64,000 nucleotides of DNA. Origin: Lama glama (lineage: Eukaryota). The notes under the pieces are model-generated. The model was not told where the DNA came from, made no database searches, and was given only the letters and a program-made list of their open reading frames with translations. Location: contig CM052832.1 of NCBI GenBank assembly GCA_028534125.1, positions 6,388,001 through 6,452,000 on the forward strand, given 5' to 3'. This document shows, piece by piece, positions 1 through 12,304 of this stretch (positions are counted from its first letter, which is position 1; each line of letters starts with the position of its first letter). Both the position numbers and the translations under genes were made by a program.

Positions 1-1276
1 AAGATTTTCCCGAGCTTTACGGTCAGAAAGCAGCACCATCTCCCATCCCAACGTGCAGATGAAGAGCATGGTGATAAAATCTGGCCACCCCAAATCCTAC
101 AAACAGAGCTTTGTTTTCTTAGACTCTGACCTCTGGGGCAACGTGACCATCGATGAGTGCCAGCTCCAGCACCTGCAGCCAGAGACATCTGTTGTCACTG
201 TGGCTTTCCCGACTCTCAAAACCATCCTTGCCCAGGATACTCAGGAAAAGAATTCTGCAGACAGCTTAGTGATGACAACCATTGTCAGCCACCGTCTACC
301 CACGCCATTCAGGATTGCAATGACTTTCAAGAGCAACAACCCTCCGGGCTGGGTACCCCAGTGCGTCTTCTGGAACTTCAGCCTCGCCAACCACACAGGG
401 GGCTGGGACAGCAGTGGCTGCTATGTTAAAGAAGTCACCGAGGACAGCGTGTCCTGCAGCTGTGACCACCTCACATCCTTCTCCATCCTCATGTCCCCCG
501 ATTCCCCAGACCCCAGTTCTCTCCTGAAAATCCTACTGGATATCATTTCCTACATTGGCTTGTGCTTTTCCATCGTGAGCTTAGCAGCCTGTCTCGTTGT
601 GGAAGCTGTGGTGTGGAAATCGGTGACCAAGAACCGGACTTCCTCCATGCGTCACACCTGCATAGTGAACATCGCCGCCTCCCTTCTGGTCGCCGACATC
701 TGGTTCATCGTGGCGGCCGCCATCCACGACCATCACTACCCACTCAGCGAGACGGCCTGTGTGGCCGCCACCTTCTTCATCCACTTCTTCTACCTCAGCG
801 TCTTCTTCTGGATGCTGACGTTGGGCCTCATGCTCTTCTATCGGCTGGTCTTCATCCTGCACGACACGAGCAAGTCCCTGCAGAAGGCCATTGCGTTTTC
901 CCTCGGCTATGGCTGCCCTCTGGTCATCTCTGTCATCACGGTGGGGGCCACCCAACCCCAGGAGGTCTACACAAGGAAGAATGCCTGCTGGCTCAACTGG
1001 GAGGACACCAAGGCCCTGCTGGCCTTCGTCATCCCCGCACTGATCATCGTGGTGGTGAACGTGACCATCACCGTGGTGGTCATCACCAAGATCCTGAGAC
1101 CTTCCATCGGGGACAAACCCAGCAAGCAGGAGAAGAGCAGCCTGTTTCAGATCAGCAAGAGCATCGGGGTCCTCACGCCACTCCTGGGGCTCACCTGGGG
1201 CTTCGGTCTCGCCACCGTGTTCCAAGGGAGCAATGCCGTCTTCCACATTGTATTCACCCTCCTCAATGCCTTCCAG
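1..1276 (+). CDS. ADGRF5: ADGRF5 large exon (GAIN C-terminal part, GPS, TM1 to most of TM7); begins before the window
   Basis: Frame is open from position 2 (RFSRALRSES...) to ...LLNAFQ; donor CAG|gtacgt at 1277. Confidence 0.95.
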
Positions 1277-3982
1277 GTACGTCCTGCAGGGCAGCGCTCT
1301 CGGGGAGGGTCTGTGCTGCTGGGACAAACTAATGAGAGAAACACAAACAGGAGTAGGAATGGGGAAGGATTTTAGTTCCGAGGACGCCCTAGCCCTAAAG
1401 AACGGTGATGACAGGAGCTCAGTGAAGCAGGAAGGGCACATTCCTCGGGTCCCATGGAAGCTCGTACCTCTTAACGCCTGTGTTATGATCTGGTCACATA
1501 TGCCACTCTCTTCTAAGTGCCCCGACAGTACAAATAAGAGCAAAGTCCCTTCCCCACACTGGATTTTGCTCTTTATCCAACATTATCTGGATGCTGTCTA
1601 TTCTTTCCTAGATGAAAATACTGCCCTGAAACCAAACAGTCCCTCCAGCTGACTTCCACAAGCACTAAATGAGCTGTCTTTGTGAGGTCAGGGGCAGCAT
1701 CTGTCTTATTTGTCACTACATCCCTCATGCAGACAAAGACCTGGGCACAGAGCCGGTGCTCAGTAACCATCTGGTGAATGAAATGAATGCTGTGTACCAC
1801 GTAGCAGGTTCTTTGAAAACAGTTGCTGAAGGACGAAAGACTGAATTCTCTATGTAAGGCAGGCATTCTGCTCCATTATACTAAAATGAAAAAGACATCC
1901 TTTTTGCACATGACTAATCAGAACGCGAGCCACCTTGTTAGGAGGGCTTTTGCAGAGGTACAGACAGCAAGCCTTTGGAGCACAAGGAAAGGGATGCTTA
2001 ATTCTGATTCAACCAGTAAATTAATGGTAAGCATAGGCCCCCATGAGCTGGTGAGGAGGCAGGGCATCTGGAGGTGGAGTTGAGACGCTGCCACCAAGAC
2101 TATGCAGATCCTAACTTCTGCTCCTGGGCCCATGCCTCCAAACTCTAAGGCCCATGTCTAACGATGTTTATAATATGCCTCAACTAGAAGGGACTGATCA
2201 TTCCACCCCACGCCCTATGTCCTCATCACAACTACGCGAGGGCTCCTGTAGACATAAGAGCTGTGTTTAATAGCATAACCAGCAGGCCCTCCAGTTCACA
2301 GCTGGGTGGAAACAGGGAAATGCAAAATAGCCTCATGACATTGTGACATTTAAGGCTGCTTGATGTGGAACTATCACAGAATCATCCACTGGACCATAAA
2401 TGCAGATGTGCAGAGAGGTAGTGCAAATTCTGTGGTGCGTTAACAATATTTCCTATTTTGCTAGACTCTATCATGATTAAAATACGATTCTTCTCAATTC
2501 ATTTTTCAGGGATTATTCATTTTACTCTTTGGATGCCTCTGGGATCAGAAGGTAAGAACAATGACAGTCATGCTCCCAGAAAAGTCCAAGATGCTGGTGA
2601 CATGTTGAAGTGACAATGGCTTCTTTTAAACAATGCAGGTACAGGAAGCCTTGCTGAATAAATTCTCACGGTCGAGATGGTCTTCGCAGCACTCGAAGGT
2701 GAGTATTTCCTTTGTAGAGACTTTCAAAAACCCCTCTCCCCCACTGCCAGTTTTAGCATAGATTAGTCCGGTGTGTTTGCTTCTCACCTGCTTCTGCCTA
2801 TTAAACACAGCCAGCATCGTTAAGATGTTGTCCCCACATCTTTAAATGGGGTCAGATGGCACAGATCATATCAACTGGAGGTTAAGACCAAATTTCAATG
2901 AGAATCAATCTTCTGGGAAAACTCAAGGAGATTTAAAAAAACACACACACAATTGGAAGAATAACGATGAATAGAATGTTCTGTAGTTCATTTTGGAAAG
3001 TAACCACTGCACTCAAGTATATTTGTTTTCACATGCCAGAAGGTAATAAGCCCTATCAAACATTAAAATGTGTATTTGAAATTTATTTCCCTAATCCTGA
3101 TAATGAAGTGCAGGTGTTTCAAAAGGTGGCTCCCCTGCTCAATTTGTTTGAAGCAGAAATTCACACTCATCTCCCCTTAAAGAAGGGAGATGAAAGATGC
3201 AGACAGTGACCACTAGAGGGCAGCAAACAAATCATCCTAGGGAATGATAAGGGGGCCTTGGTCTAACGTGTTTGTTTTGTTCATTCTTTTTTTCTTTTCT
3301 AGTCAACATCCCTAGCTTCATCTACACCTGTATTTTCTATGAGTTCTCCGATATCAAGAAGATTTAACAATTTGTTTGGTAAAACAGGTACGTAGTGACC
3401 TCTAGATGTTTCCTGGGTTGACCCAAACATACTCGTTCTGGGGGGAGTCTCACACCCTTACTTTCTCACTCCCCACTTCAGGGAATTTACCTGCAATGGC
3501 CTCATTTGGGGCAGAGGTTAAATACAAGAACTTGCTTACAGTTTCTCAAACGACCAGAAAGTTCGTACGGAGGGCAACGGCCTTCAGCCTGGGGAAAGCT
3601 CTCCATAAAAACCATTTCCACCATTCACATGGGAACGATAAGTTGCTGGCCAAACACTGAGTTATCCTCTATTCATGTTAGACAGGGATGGGTAGCTTGT
3701 GTTTTTGGGCTATAGGGCCACGAAGAATATATTTGGAAAATCCCATGGTAGGATCCCAGGCTACCATGAGTGAGTTTGATTTTTCTTTTCTTTTTCTTTC
3801 TTTTTCTCTTCTTCTTCTTCTCCTTCTCCTCCTCCTCCTCCTCCTCCTCCTTCTTCTCCTTCTTCTCCTTCTCCTCCTCCTCCTCCTCCTCCTCCTCCTC
3901 CTCCTCCTCCTCCTCCTCCTCCTCCTCCTCCTCCTCCTCCTTCTTCTTCTTCTTCTTCTTCTTCTTCTTCTTCTTCTTCTTC

Positions 3983-4013
<31 letters not shown>

Positions 4014-5549
4014 AGTGTGCTTGTTTTCCACATAGACATTTATAAAACTGCACACACATATAAGGCATCACTGAGGTAGCTATTCTGTTACGAACACGCA
4101 TAGTGAACGTTGCCACCTTGGAGGTATAAAGAACGTTAATGACTTTGAGCAGTGGGTCTCAGCTCTTCTGGCAAATTGAAGCCCTGTCCCATGTCACCAC
4201 CACCACCCTCTCCCCGGCTGCCCAGGAAAACAGGCACCAGAACTGTTTCCACTTCCTCAAAGCTGAGCAGATCTCACACATGAAGAAATGTGTCCAATGT
4301 GGCAAAAGCCCTCCAGGCTAAGGCTTTTCATACAAAAGCAAATTTTAAGGATGCCTATTCATTATGCACACTCCAGAGGACTTGGTGGTTTGGGCTTCAG
4401 TTGGATGCATTACTCAGGAAACTGGAGGACCTTCCCTCCCGATTTGGCCCTGCTGTAAAAGGATCAAATCGCCAGGGAATATGCCTTTGGCCAGCGTGGT
4501 CCCTGGGAATGTGTTTAGCATTTGCATTAAAACAAAAAGAGTGAAAATGCTAGGGAGAATCAGAATGCTGCAACATGTAACGCCAGTACACTGTGCTCCT
4601 TGTCTCTGAATCAGTCAGATCAAAGGTGGAGCGAGGGCCCTCTTCCCGAGGTCCCTGAGGTGGCCGGCCACTGTGGCTCAGCCTGTCAGGGTCTTGAAGG
4701 CAGATCCACGTCGGCCTCTTGAGGGTTCTGTCATCACTGTAACTTTGGTTTGTGTCGTCAGCAGCCCCAGAGGGCCCCCCAGGCAGTGATGGAAACCTTG
4801 TTAGCCGTGGCAGTTCGCCCGTCTGATGGTAGGGTGGGCACCCTGTCGCTCGGCTTGCTCACCCTCCCCGTGCTCAGCCCCACCTCCTGGCTGACCGCCG
4901 GGCCTGTGCCGTCGCCACCCCCGGGCTGCCCTCCCTGCTACACCCACCCTCAGCGTCCCCCAACTTCTGCTTCTTTTCTGCTCTTGCCTTTTCTTCCCCT
5001 GTAATTTTCTCTTTTCTTCCCCTGTAATTTTCTCTTTTCTTCCCTTTTCTCCCTTTTCCTCTTCGCCTTCCAGCTCAGCCTCCAGGCCCCTCCCGAGAGC
5101 TCCCCCAGGTCACGCCAGCCCAAGGGGACCAGACCCCTTCCCTCCGGCGGATGCCCCCAGGCCCGTGCATGTGGATGCTTGGGGAGGGCTGCCCCTGTCG
5201 AGATCCCCATCCTTTGTAGAAATTCTGGCTACCAGTAGGATGTAAAGTTATTAGTGCTTGTCTTGTTGGCTGCCACGCGTGCTTGAGAACAGCTTTGTTT
5301 GGATTCCAGAACTTCGGGGTGGGGGTGTGGGCAGGCATGGGTCCGTTTCCAGGCATGGCACGAGCTTACCTGGCTCCTGGACTAGAGCGCCCCCTGGGCC
5401 TTTAGGAGAGATTCACACCCTGGTGATGACGAAGGCGTGTCCTGCAACAGCCGCTGTTCTGCTTTGCAGGAACCTACAACGTGTCCACCCCAGAAACAAC
5501 CAGCTCATCCCTGGAAAACACATCCAGTGCTTATTCATTGCTCAACTGA
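1..5549 (+). CDS. ADGRF5: Adhesion GPCR F5 (GPR116), 3' part, 5'-truncated by the window: join(<1..1276,2510..2551,2639..2698,3303..3387,5470..5549)
   Basis: Spliced translation gives a GAIN/GPS motif (CVFW...GGWDSSGC...CSCDHL|TSFSILMSPDS), seven hydrophobic segments and the tail STPVFSMSSPISRRFNNLFGKTGTYNVSTPETTSSSLENTSSAYSLLN*, which I recognise as GPR116. All four introns are GT-AG with consistent phases. Tail-to-tail with MEP1A as in human. Confidence 0.96.
467..505 (+). other. ADGRF5: GPS autoproteolysis site H-L|T (cut between 472/473) and tethered-agonist (Stachel) peptide TSFSILMSPDS
   Basis: CAC CTC ACA TCC TTC TCC ATC CTC ATG matches the canonical adhesion-GPCR HL|T-x-F-x-x-L-M motif. 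Confidence 0.9.
2510..2551 (+). CDS. ADGRF5: ADGRF5 exon, GLFILLFGCLWDQK (end of TM7)
   Basis: tttttcag| acceptor, AAG|gtaaga donor, 42 nt, phase 0/0. Confidence 0.93.
2639..2698 (+). CDS. ADGRF5: ADGRF5 exon, VQEALLNKFSRSRWSSQHSK
   Basis: atgcag| acceptor after an 87-nt intron, AAG|gtgagt donor, 60 nt. Confidence 0.93.
3207..3225 (+). promoter_or_regulatory. CTCF-like motif in ADGRF5 intron
   Basis: TGACCACTAGAGGGCAGCA; core CCACTAGAGGGCAG fully matches CCASYAGRKGGCRS. Confidence 0.65.
3303..3387 (+). CDS. ADGRF5: ADGRF5 exon, STSLASSTPVFSMSSPISRRFNNLFGKT(G)
   Basis: Long polypyrimidine tract + ctag| acceptor, CAG|gtacgt donor, 85 nt. Confidence 0.93.
3780..4012. repeat. Compound (TCC)n/(TTC)n microsatellite forming a 233-nt pure pyrimidine tract
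   Basis: Only C/T from 3780 to 4012; about 23 TCC units (3872-3940) then about 21 TTC units (3941-4003). Confidence 0.97.
4988..5044. repeat. 23-bp tandem duplication (2.5 copies)
   Basis: cttttcttcccctgtaattttct at 4988 and 5011, partial third copy at 5034. Confidence 0.85.
5470..5549 (+). CDS. ADGRF5: ADGRF5 last coding exon, (G)TYNVSTPETTSSSLENTSSAYSLLN*
   Basis: ctttgcag| acceptor; phase matches previous exon; TGA at 5547-5549. Confidence 0.92.
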
Positions 5550-6287
5550 GAACAGGAAAATCCAGCCCATGTGATCTCTTGGGGAACAGTGGATGTGCTC
5601 TGAAAGAGAGATCCTTTCAAAGGAGTGGGTGAAATGTTTTCTCCCCAGGCATCTGGAAGCAGATGCTGAAGAGACTTTCTCAGTAGGGAAGAGGCTTTCT
5701 TGTGTAAAGACAGACTAAAAGGAATCGTTTGTTACATTTATGTTGCTGCCCAACCCCCACCCAAATGTGTATAGTATTTAAGTGAAACTCAAGCCCAGCT
5801 TCTCTGTCTATATTGTAAAATAGAATTTCAAAGAGACATTTTTACCTTTCAACACCCTGGGTCCAAAGACTAGCTTTGATTAAAATAATAAGTTGAAGGC
5901 TAGTATGTAGGAAGTGCTTCCGTGAATTCTAGACAGGAAGGAAGGAAGAAGGGAGGGAGGGCGGAAGAAGGGAGGAGCAAACTTGAAGGAAAAGAAAACG
6001 ACTGAGAACAAAATAAGGACCACATTTTCAGATTTCCATGTTAATGATCTCTGATAATTAGTTAATACTCAGAGGCTGCAACGCTGAGAATCCAAAAATG
6101 GCTCCAAAGTGGAAACTGAAGTTTCGCCGCGGAGAAAGTTCAATATCTTCCTGGTATTTTCTTAGCTGTGAGAGACCAAAAAAGGCAGTGAAAAAAATAG
6201 GGAGGAAATTATATCATCTGGATGCTTTCAAGTGGATGATGATACTTACAAGAAATGCATGGAAGGAGACATAATTCTTATGATGCT

Positions 6288-6290
<3 letters not shown>

Positions 6291-6324
<34 letters not shown>
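6291..6324. repeat. (CA)n microsatellite in ADGRF5 3' UTR
   Basis: Direct reading. Confidence 0.95.
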
Positions 6325-6329
<5 letters not shown>

Positions 6330-6947
6330 TACTGTATATTAAGGTTTGAACTAAGTGTAATGAATCTACAGAGGACGTTTGATAACCCTGCTTTGTTAGA
6401 GCCAAGCAGACCAACTGCTGATCACATTTTTTATAGTTTATCAGAAAAGGCTTATCTTTTGGTTTGTTCCACTTTTTGAAAGCAAAAAAATATATATACA
6501 TATAGATTTTTATATCCATTTCTTTCCAAGTGGGATGTAGTGCACTGGAAACAGAACCACCCCCACCAACTGTCATGTATTCTATTTAACAGCTTTACAG
6601 GTACTTCTCCGTGCGTGATAGACTAGATTTTAATTATCTCATAGCGTTGGTTGTATATTATTATTGTTACTGTTACTGTGGAGTTGGTGGCCCTGGCGTG
6701 TTGTCTAGGTCTCTGTGTATTAGTTCTTTCAGTCCCTAAGTTCCCAGACCAATATACATGAAGAATTTTCTACCGTCTAAGTTGTGTTTATTCCAACCAC
6801 TTGGAAATCTTCTGGAAAGAAGTTTTATAGCTGGCTCGTCTGTGCCCCTAATGACACCTTGATGAACAGATGGTGGAATTGTTCGTGAATTCTGTGTATG
6901 TGTGTGTTTTTGACTTGCATGTGCATTTCATAAAAATACAAATATTT

Positions 6948-6970
6948 ATTAAAATTGCATCTGTATTAAA
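6948..6970 (+). terminator. Candidate ADGRF5 polyadenylation signals (ATTAAA at 6948-6953 and 6965-6970)
   Basis: Two ATTAAA hexamers about 1.4 kb past the stop, at the end of an AT-rich UTR-like stretch. Confidence 0.5.
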
Positions 6971-7210
6971 GTTAACCATGCACTGTAGCTGCAGCAACTG
7001 TACCTTCCAGAAACAGGAAAAAAATGGGGGGCTTCTCTGATAATGCAAGATGTGTGGTCTTCACAAGGACAAATCTAAATGGACCCAACCATCCAAAAGG
7101 AAAGACAAGAGAGGCCAAGAGTCACCACCATTTATTCACTGAGGTTCAAAAGAGTTTCCTTTTACTATTTTAACTCTTTAAAATCTCCTCCTTTTACATT
7201 AATTTTATTT

Positions 7211-7343
7211 GGGTTTCTTTTTTTTTTTTTTGGAGGGTGGGTAACTAGTTTTATCTATTTATTTTTAATGGAGATCCTGGGGATTGAACCCAGGACCTCG
7301 TGCATGCTAAGCACATGTTCTACCACTGAGCTACACCTACCCA
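7211..7343 (-). mobile_element. tRNA-derived SINE (Vic-1-like)
   Basis: Reverse strand reads GTAGCTCAGTGGTAGAACATGTGCTTAGCATGCACGAGGTCCTGGGTTCAATCCCCAG plus an A-rich tail; A and B boxes present. Confidence 0.85.
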
Positions 7344-7995
7344 CTTTTTACTTAAATTTTAAATTCTGTTTCTCTTTCTCTTTTCTTTAAGGGGAGCGGG
7401 GAGGTAGGACAGATCGAAGGAAATGTACCCCTTTTTTTCTATCTATTCACAAACGACGTAGACATCTACACCCACGTTTGCCTGGAAATGGTGACATCAT
7501 GCATGATCCCAGCTGCAGAGCTCCTTAAAGTCCCTGAAGGAAATGACTGTCAGGCTTAAAATTCCACAGGGAATGGTCAACTTTGGGCAGAGCTCAGCAT
7601 AGAGACGATAGAGCCAGAAGTTAGATTGGAGGATCCACTGAATTAGATTTAGATATTAGAGGAAGAATGGCTTTACCCTTTTGGCTCCTGGAGTTATACC
7701 CAAGAGGACTGAGGCAGGGCTGCCATGTGCCCCATTAGCACGGCCACCTTGACGTGATCAGCCAAGGACAGCACAGCTCTCAGGAGGAGGCTGTGGTTCT
7801 CATGTTCAGAAACACAAAGCAGCAAGAAACACGGACTTTCCACCCCCTTCTGTAGGGGTCCTTAGGGAATCATTGTGTTCGACTTTGTGAAGGGAAGCCC
7901 TGTAATAGCAGGAAACTTCAGTGGGATTCCATAGGGTGTAGCGCTGGTCCTCCGCCCACATTCGTTAACTGAGGCACATTCCCTTACCCTCACCC

Positions 7996-7998
<3 letters not shown>

Positions 7999-8031
<33 letters not shown>
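7999..8031. repeat. (AC)n microsatellite
   Basis: Direct reading. Confidence 0.95.
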
Positions 8032-8033
<2 letters not shown>

Positions 8034-8439
8034 CATTCATGTACCTCCCACCTTTCAAGTCACAGCACTGGATCCAAATTCCAGAAAAGCTATACACAAA
8101 ACTGGAGAAATACAATGAATGCTGTTTTCTGCTCCACTGTAAGCTACACAGATCAACCCCTGCTGTTTGCCAAAAATATCCTAAAATGAGCAACAGAATT
8201 CAAAATTCTTAGAGAGCAGTCTCTGAATCTGTAAATTATAAAAGCAGGAGCTCCATTTGGCCCTGAGGTCACCAGCTCTCCATCAGCAATGATTACAAAA
8301 CTTTTGGCAAGAGATTTCCAAGGGAAGGCAGAATGTGGGCTCTGGCATTGGTTCAAAGTGAGATGTGTGGTCTACTTCATTTGAAAAGTGCCCGATACTT
8401 CCCCGTGTTCTGGAAATCTCTCAGTGTGTAAATTTGGTT

Positions 8440-8940
8440 CCATTATCACGTGGTTTCTGTAGGTCAGAAGTCTGGGCATGGCTTAACTTGGTCCTCTGCT
8501 CACAGTCTTCTCAGGCCAAACTCAAGTTGTCGGCCAGGGCTGCAGTCTCTTCTGAAAGCCGGGGTCCTCCTCCAAGCTCAGTGGTTGCTTGGCAGAATTC
8601 CATTCTCTGTAGTTGCAAGACTGAGTTACTTAGCTCCTGAAGGTGTCCTGCCATGGGATCTTCTTCTAACAAGGCAGTTTGCTTCTTCTAAAGCAACAGA
8701 AGAGCTTCTGTGCTGCTTTGAATCTCTCTGACTTCTTCAGTCCCTGATCTCTAGAAGCGCTTTTAAAGGACTCACCTGATTAGGTCAGGCCCACCCAGGA
8801 TAATCTCCCTGGAGATTAACTCAAAATCAGGTGATTCGGGACCTTAACAGTATCTGCAAAATTCCTTCACCTTGGCCGTATAAGGTAATCTACTCATGGG
8901 AATGATATCATATTCACAGGTCAAAGGGAGAAGATTATAG
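8440..8940 (-). mobile_element. ERVL-MaLR (MLT1-like) LTR fragment
   Basis: Contains tgattaggtcaggcccacccaggataatctccc and ggcagaattccattctctgtagttg, typical MLT1 motifs in reverse orientation; ends approximate. Confidence 0.65.
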
Positions 8941-10495
8941 AAGATAATTTATCAGATTGTTAAAAAAAATAACAAAAACAGTTAAGGACCCAACACTGCT
9001 CTGTAGAATCTGTATGAGGCATTCGCTGTGGATAAACTTTCCTTTATTCATAGTAGTGATCATACTGAGAAAGGTCTCTCTGGCAGTATCAGTGATAAGG
9101 CCTATGTGTGGCAAGTGTTTCAGTGTTATTCTGTCTACTAAATATGCAAATGGCACAGAGGGCAGCTTTCCCTGGGGATGGCTTCAGCTGTATGGAAATT
9201 CAGGGAAAGGATGGCTGCGGGGGAAAAGCTTGACTTGTCCAGATGCAAAGAGGTACACAACTCCATACCTGAAAACCTTCCCCACTTGGTGTGTGTCTGG
9301 CGCGGCAGGAAGAGGGAACCCCGGGGCTAATGTACCTTTTATATTTATGCCAACAGGGCAGAGACCTGGGCACACACATGCTGGCCAGTTCTCTAAGCTT
9401 TTGTCCATCTGACCTCCCCGTCCTTAAAAGCCAAGTCAAAATGCTTCTCGGGCCCTGGGTTCTTCTCATTCTTTGGCCCCTCCCCCCACCAACCAAGTTC
9501 TGCCCCACCTCCCACCCTCCACCTCCCCCCCCACTCCCATCTCTCTTCCCATCAGTGGTACTGAAGGAGTGGGGCAGCAATGAAGCCCCTAATAACTTCC
9601 TGCTCACCAACATCACCGCCCCATGTTCCTCTGTCCTGGGTAGACAGATCTAAGTTTATCCTCTAGCGAGGAAACGATTTTCATGACTCTACTCTTCGTG
9701 AATATGGAGCAGACAGAAAAAGAAAGAAGGAAAGATGAGAACAATTACTGAAACCCACCCTGTGCCAGATCCTGTTATGTCTCCAAATACCATTTTCCGG
9801 TGTGGGGTGGGCGTGGGCTCCAATGGTTTAGATGCCATCATCTCATCTATTTTTTAAAATGACTTTCTAGACTTCTTTCTGTTTCACCTGTAAACTCTGA
9901 GATGAAGAGTTGAAAGGTCACGAGTGATCCCGCTGCACGAATGGGCGGAGGGTGAGGGATACATGAGCCCGCGAGCACTCCAGGATTTTTCTTCTTTAAT
10001 GCAGAGCCAAGTCCCAAAAGAAGTGTGCTGGCGACTATTAGAAATCAAACAGAACAAACCTAGGAGTCGGGGGGGGGGGCGGGGGAAGGCTTTTTCTCAG
10101 CATGAGAAGCAACAGGAACGGATGGGGCAAGTCATGGGAAGATTGCGGTCACAGCCCACTTCCCACATTCAACAGCGCCATTCGCGGATGACTTCCAGCC
10201 CCGCCTTTTTGGGAACCAGTTTGGATGGGTACCATCCTCTGTCTTCCGTCCTGACAAACAGCCCCCACCCCCAAGAGTGGTGGAAAGCCGTGTTTGATTT
10301 TGATTAACCGAGGAAATTCGTACAGCCCTTTACTGCTTTTCTGGAACTGTGAGCGTTTCCCATGCCCAGAGGCTCTGTCGCACAGCTGTCCAGGTCAGAG
10401 CGGTCCAGACAGGAAGGCCCGCTAGGCTGATGAGTGACAGCGGGCCTCCACGCTGGGGCCCCTCCCCAAGAGCCCGCGGGCTTCTCCTGAGGTTT

Positions 10496-10514
10496 GATCG
10501 CCACCTGGTGGTCA
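10496..10514 (-). promoter_or_regulatory. CTCF-like motif in a CpG-rich intergenic patch
   Basis: Reverse strand TGACCACCAGGTGGCGATC; 13/14 match to CCASYAGRKGGCRS. Confidence 0.65.
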
Positions 10515-11514
10515 TTAGAGGAGGCGCCTCCTCTGGGCCCCAAGGCCGAACCTCAAACATGCGCAGCCGGAGGTGGATAGATTTGCGTCCGGAGGGCCGC
10601 TTGCAGACGAGAAGTAACTTGCAGTCTACAAACAGAATGACAGAAACCAGAGGCCAAAGAACCACTCTCACTCCCCACCTCCTAACACTTTTATATTACG
10701 CTCCTTGCAGTAGAAAAGCAAACGAGGTGGAAGTGTGGGGAGAGCCAGGATTCCAGGCAGGTGCCCATTTCAGAGAGATACGAACCAGGATAGCTCCCGC
10801 CTTCTGTTCTTTTTTCCCTCCTTCAGGGACTGCATCCTGTTTATGCACCCAAAGGCAAAGCTAAAAGCAGCCCCAGAAATCAGCTGATCCATTGCAGACA
10901 AGGGTCCGGAAAGTAGCTTGAGGAAGCCAAACAGGTGCTTTCCATGTTTCGTGGGACTGCCACACATTTCCATCCCTGCACCTCCAAGAGCATGAACCAG
11001 GGTGGTTCATTCCCTTTTCTCACTCACCCACCGAAAACTGCTGCTGAGCTGGGCTTTCCTTTTCAATCTGTGTTGCCTCTGCAGCTGTCCCAGGGCTGAA
11101 TGACATGCGCGCCAGCAGAGCAGGCCAGCTGGGGAGGCTCTGGTCTAGTCTCTGAATACTAGATGAAGAAGCAGCTGCGGGCTCTGCCAGCCAAAGTGTG
11201 ATCTGAGAAGGTTCAGAAGTAAACAGCGCCGACTGCTGGTCCTCGGGGCAGAAGGACAAGCTGAGCTGGCCTTGCATAACCAGGCAGAGGACTCCTGACC
11301 GCTGGAGAAGTCACATGCCCTGGGATATTATTCATACCTCTCAGGATAGCTCCCAGCCCTTCTCCCTTACATGTGACATCGCTCTGACAGAAAACAAAAT
11401 CTCAAGGGGAAATGAGGTTTAACGTGTACCAGCCTCTAGGAGAGAGACACAACCAATGGAATGAAATTTACCCCTCAGGGAAAATGGCTGATAACCATCT
11501 AACTATATTCACAA

Positions 11515-11730
11515 ACATTTACTGAGTTCTAACCATGTGTTTGGTGCTGTCCTATAATCTCATTTAAGCCTGACAACAAACCCCTAACAGGGTGAATGAC
11601 TATCCTTTTTCATAACAGATGAATAAACTCAGCACAGAGAGGTTAATCATTTGCCCAGAGTCACACAGCTGAAGAATGGTAGAGCCAGGTATCAACTGCA
11701 GAGTGTCTGGCCCAGAACCTGCGCACCACC
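11515..11730 (-). mobile_element. MIR SINE
   Basis: cagatgaataaactcagcacagagaggttaatcatttgcccagagtcacacagc is the MIR core in reverse. Confidence 0.75.
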
Positions 11731-12304
11731 TCACTCTACTTAGTTTCCCTAGGCAATTCCACACAGGCGGACTCCCACAGCTCTGAGTTCTGGGCAAACT
11801 CGGAACTTCCAAGTGGGTCCACTGGAAGTTTTTCCGGTCTCTGATGGAGCGCGGAAGGAGTTCAGCTGTGTTCCTTTAGTGACAGTAGATCTCCCATCAG
11901 CCACCCAGCTGACTGCCCAAAGGAAGAGCTTTGTACTTGACATTTTAGTCTTTAATCTTCATCCAAATGGGTTTCCACAGGGTTCCACTCCACTGTGGTC
12001 CTATTTTTATTCTTGTCACAGATTTATTAAGCATTCTCATGGCATTGAATGTCATTTAGGCGCATGGAGGAAAACACGGTTTCCCAGAAAGGAAGTGTGC
12101 CTCTAAGGCTGTGTTTAAACTCCGGTGGAGAATTGAGACCTTGGTCCTTGTCAGCTGGGCTCCATCGTGATTTCCCTTGTGATGGGCAGGCTGAAGCGGC
12201 GGCTGATTGGCTACTGGGACTATGGGAAATCTCGGCTTCACCTGGTACACACGGACACAACCGATTGTTCGTTAGTGCTGTTTGATGGCTGATTTGGGAG
12301 CAGA

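Noticed and set aside
1277..1375. C-terminal extension VRPAGQ...GEGF of the 440-aa ORF
   Set aside because: Read-through past a clear GT donor; the real protein continues in exon 2510-2551
562..1543. Long overlapping ORFs of 256 aa (+, alternate frame) and 320 aa (-)
   Set aside because: Expected stop-poor shadow frames of a GC3-rich coding exon; no recognisable protein features
2552..2638. 87-nt ADGRF5 intron is a multiple of 3, suggesting in-frame retention
   Set aside because: It contains an in-frame TGA after 18 codons, so retention would give a premature stop and likely NMD
3673..4116. Poly-K/E/R/L/S/F/G ORFs
   Set aside because: Translations of the TCC/TTC microsatellite
8957..10864. 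Several 110-170 aa ORFs in the ADGRF5-MEP1A intergenic region
   Set aside because: No domain resemblance, no coherent splice structure, overlapping on both strands as expected in GC-rich DNA
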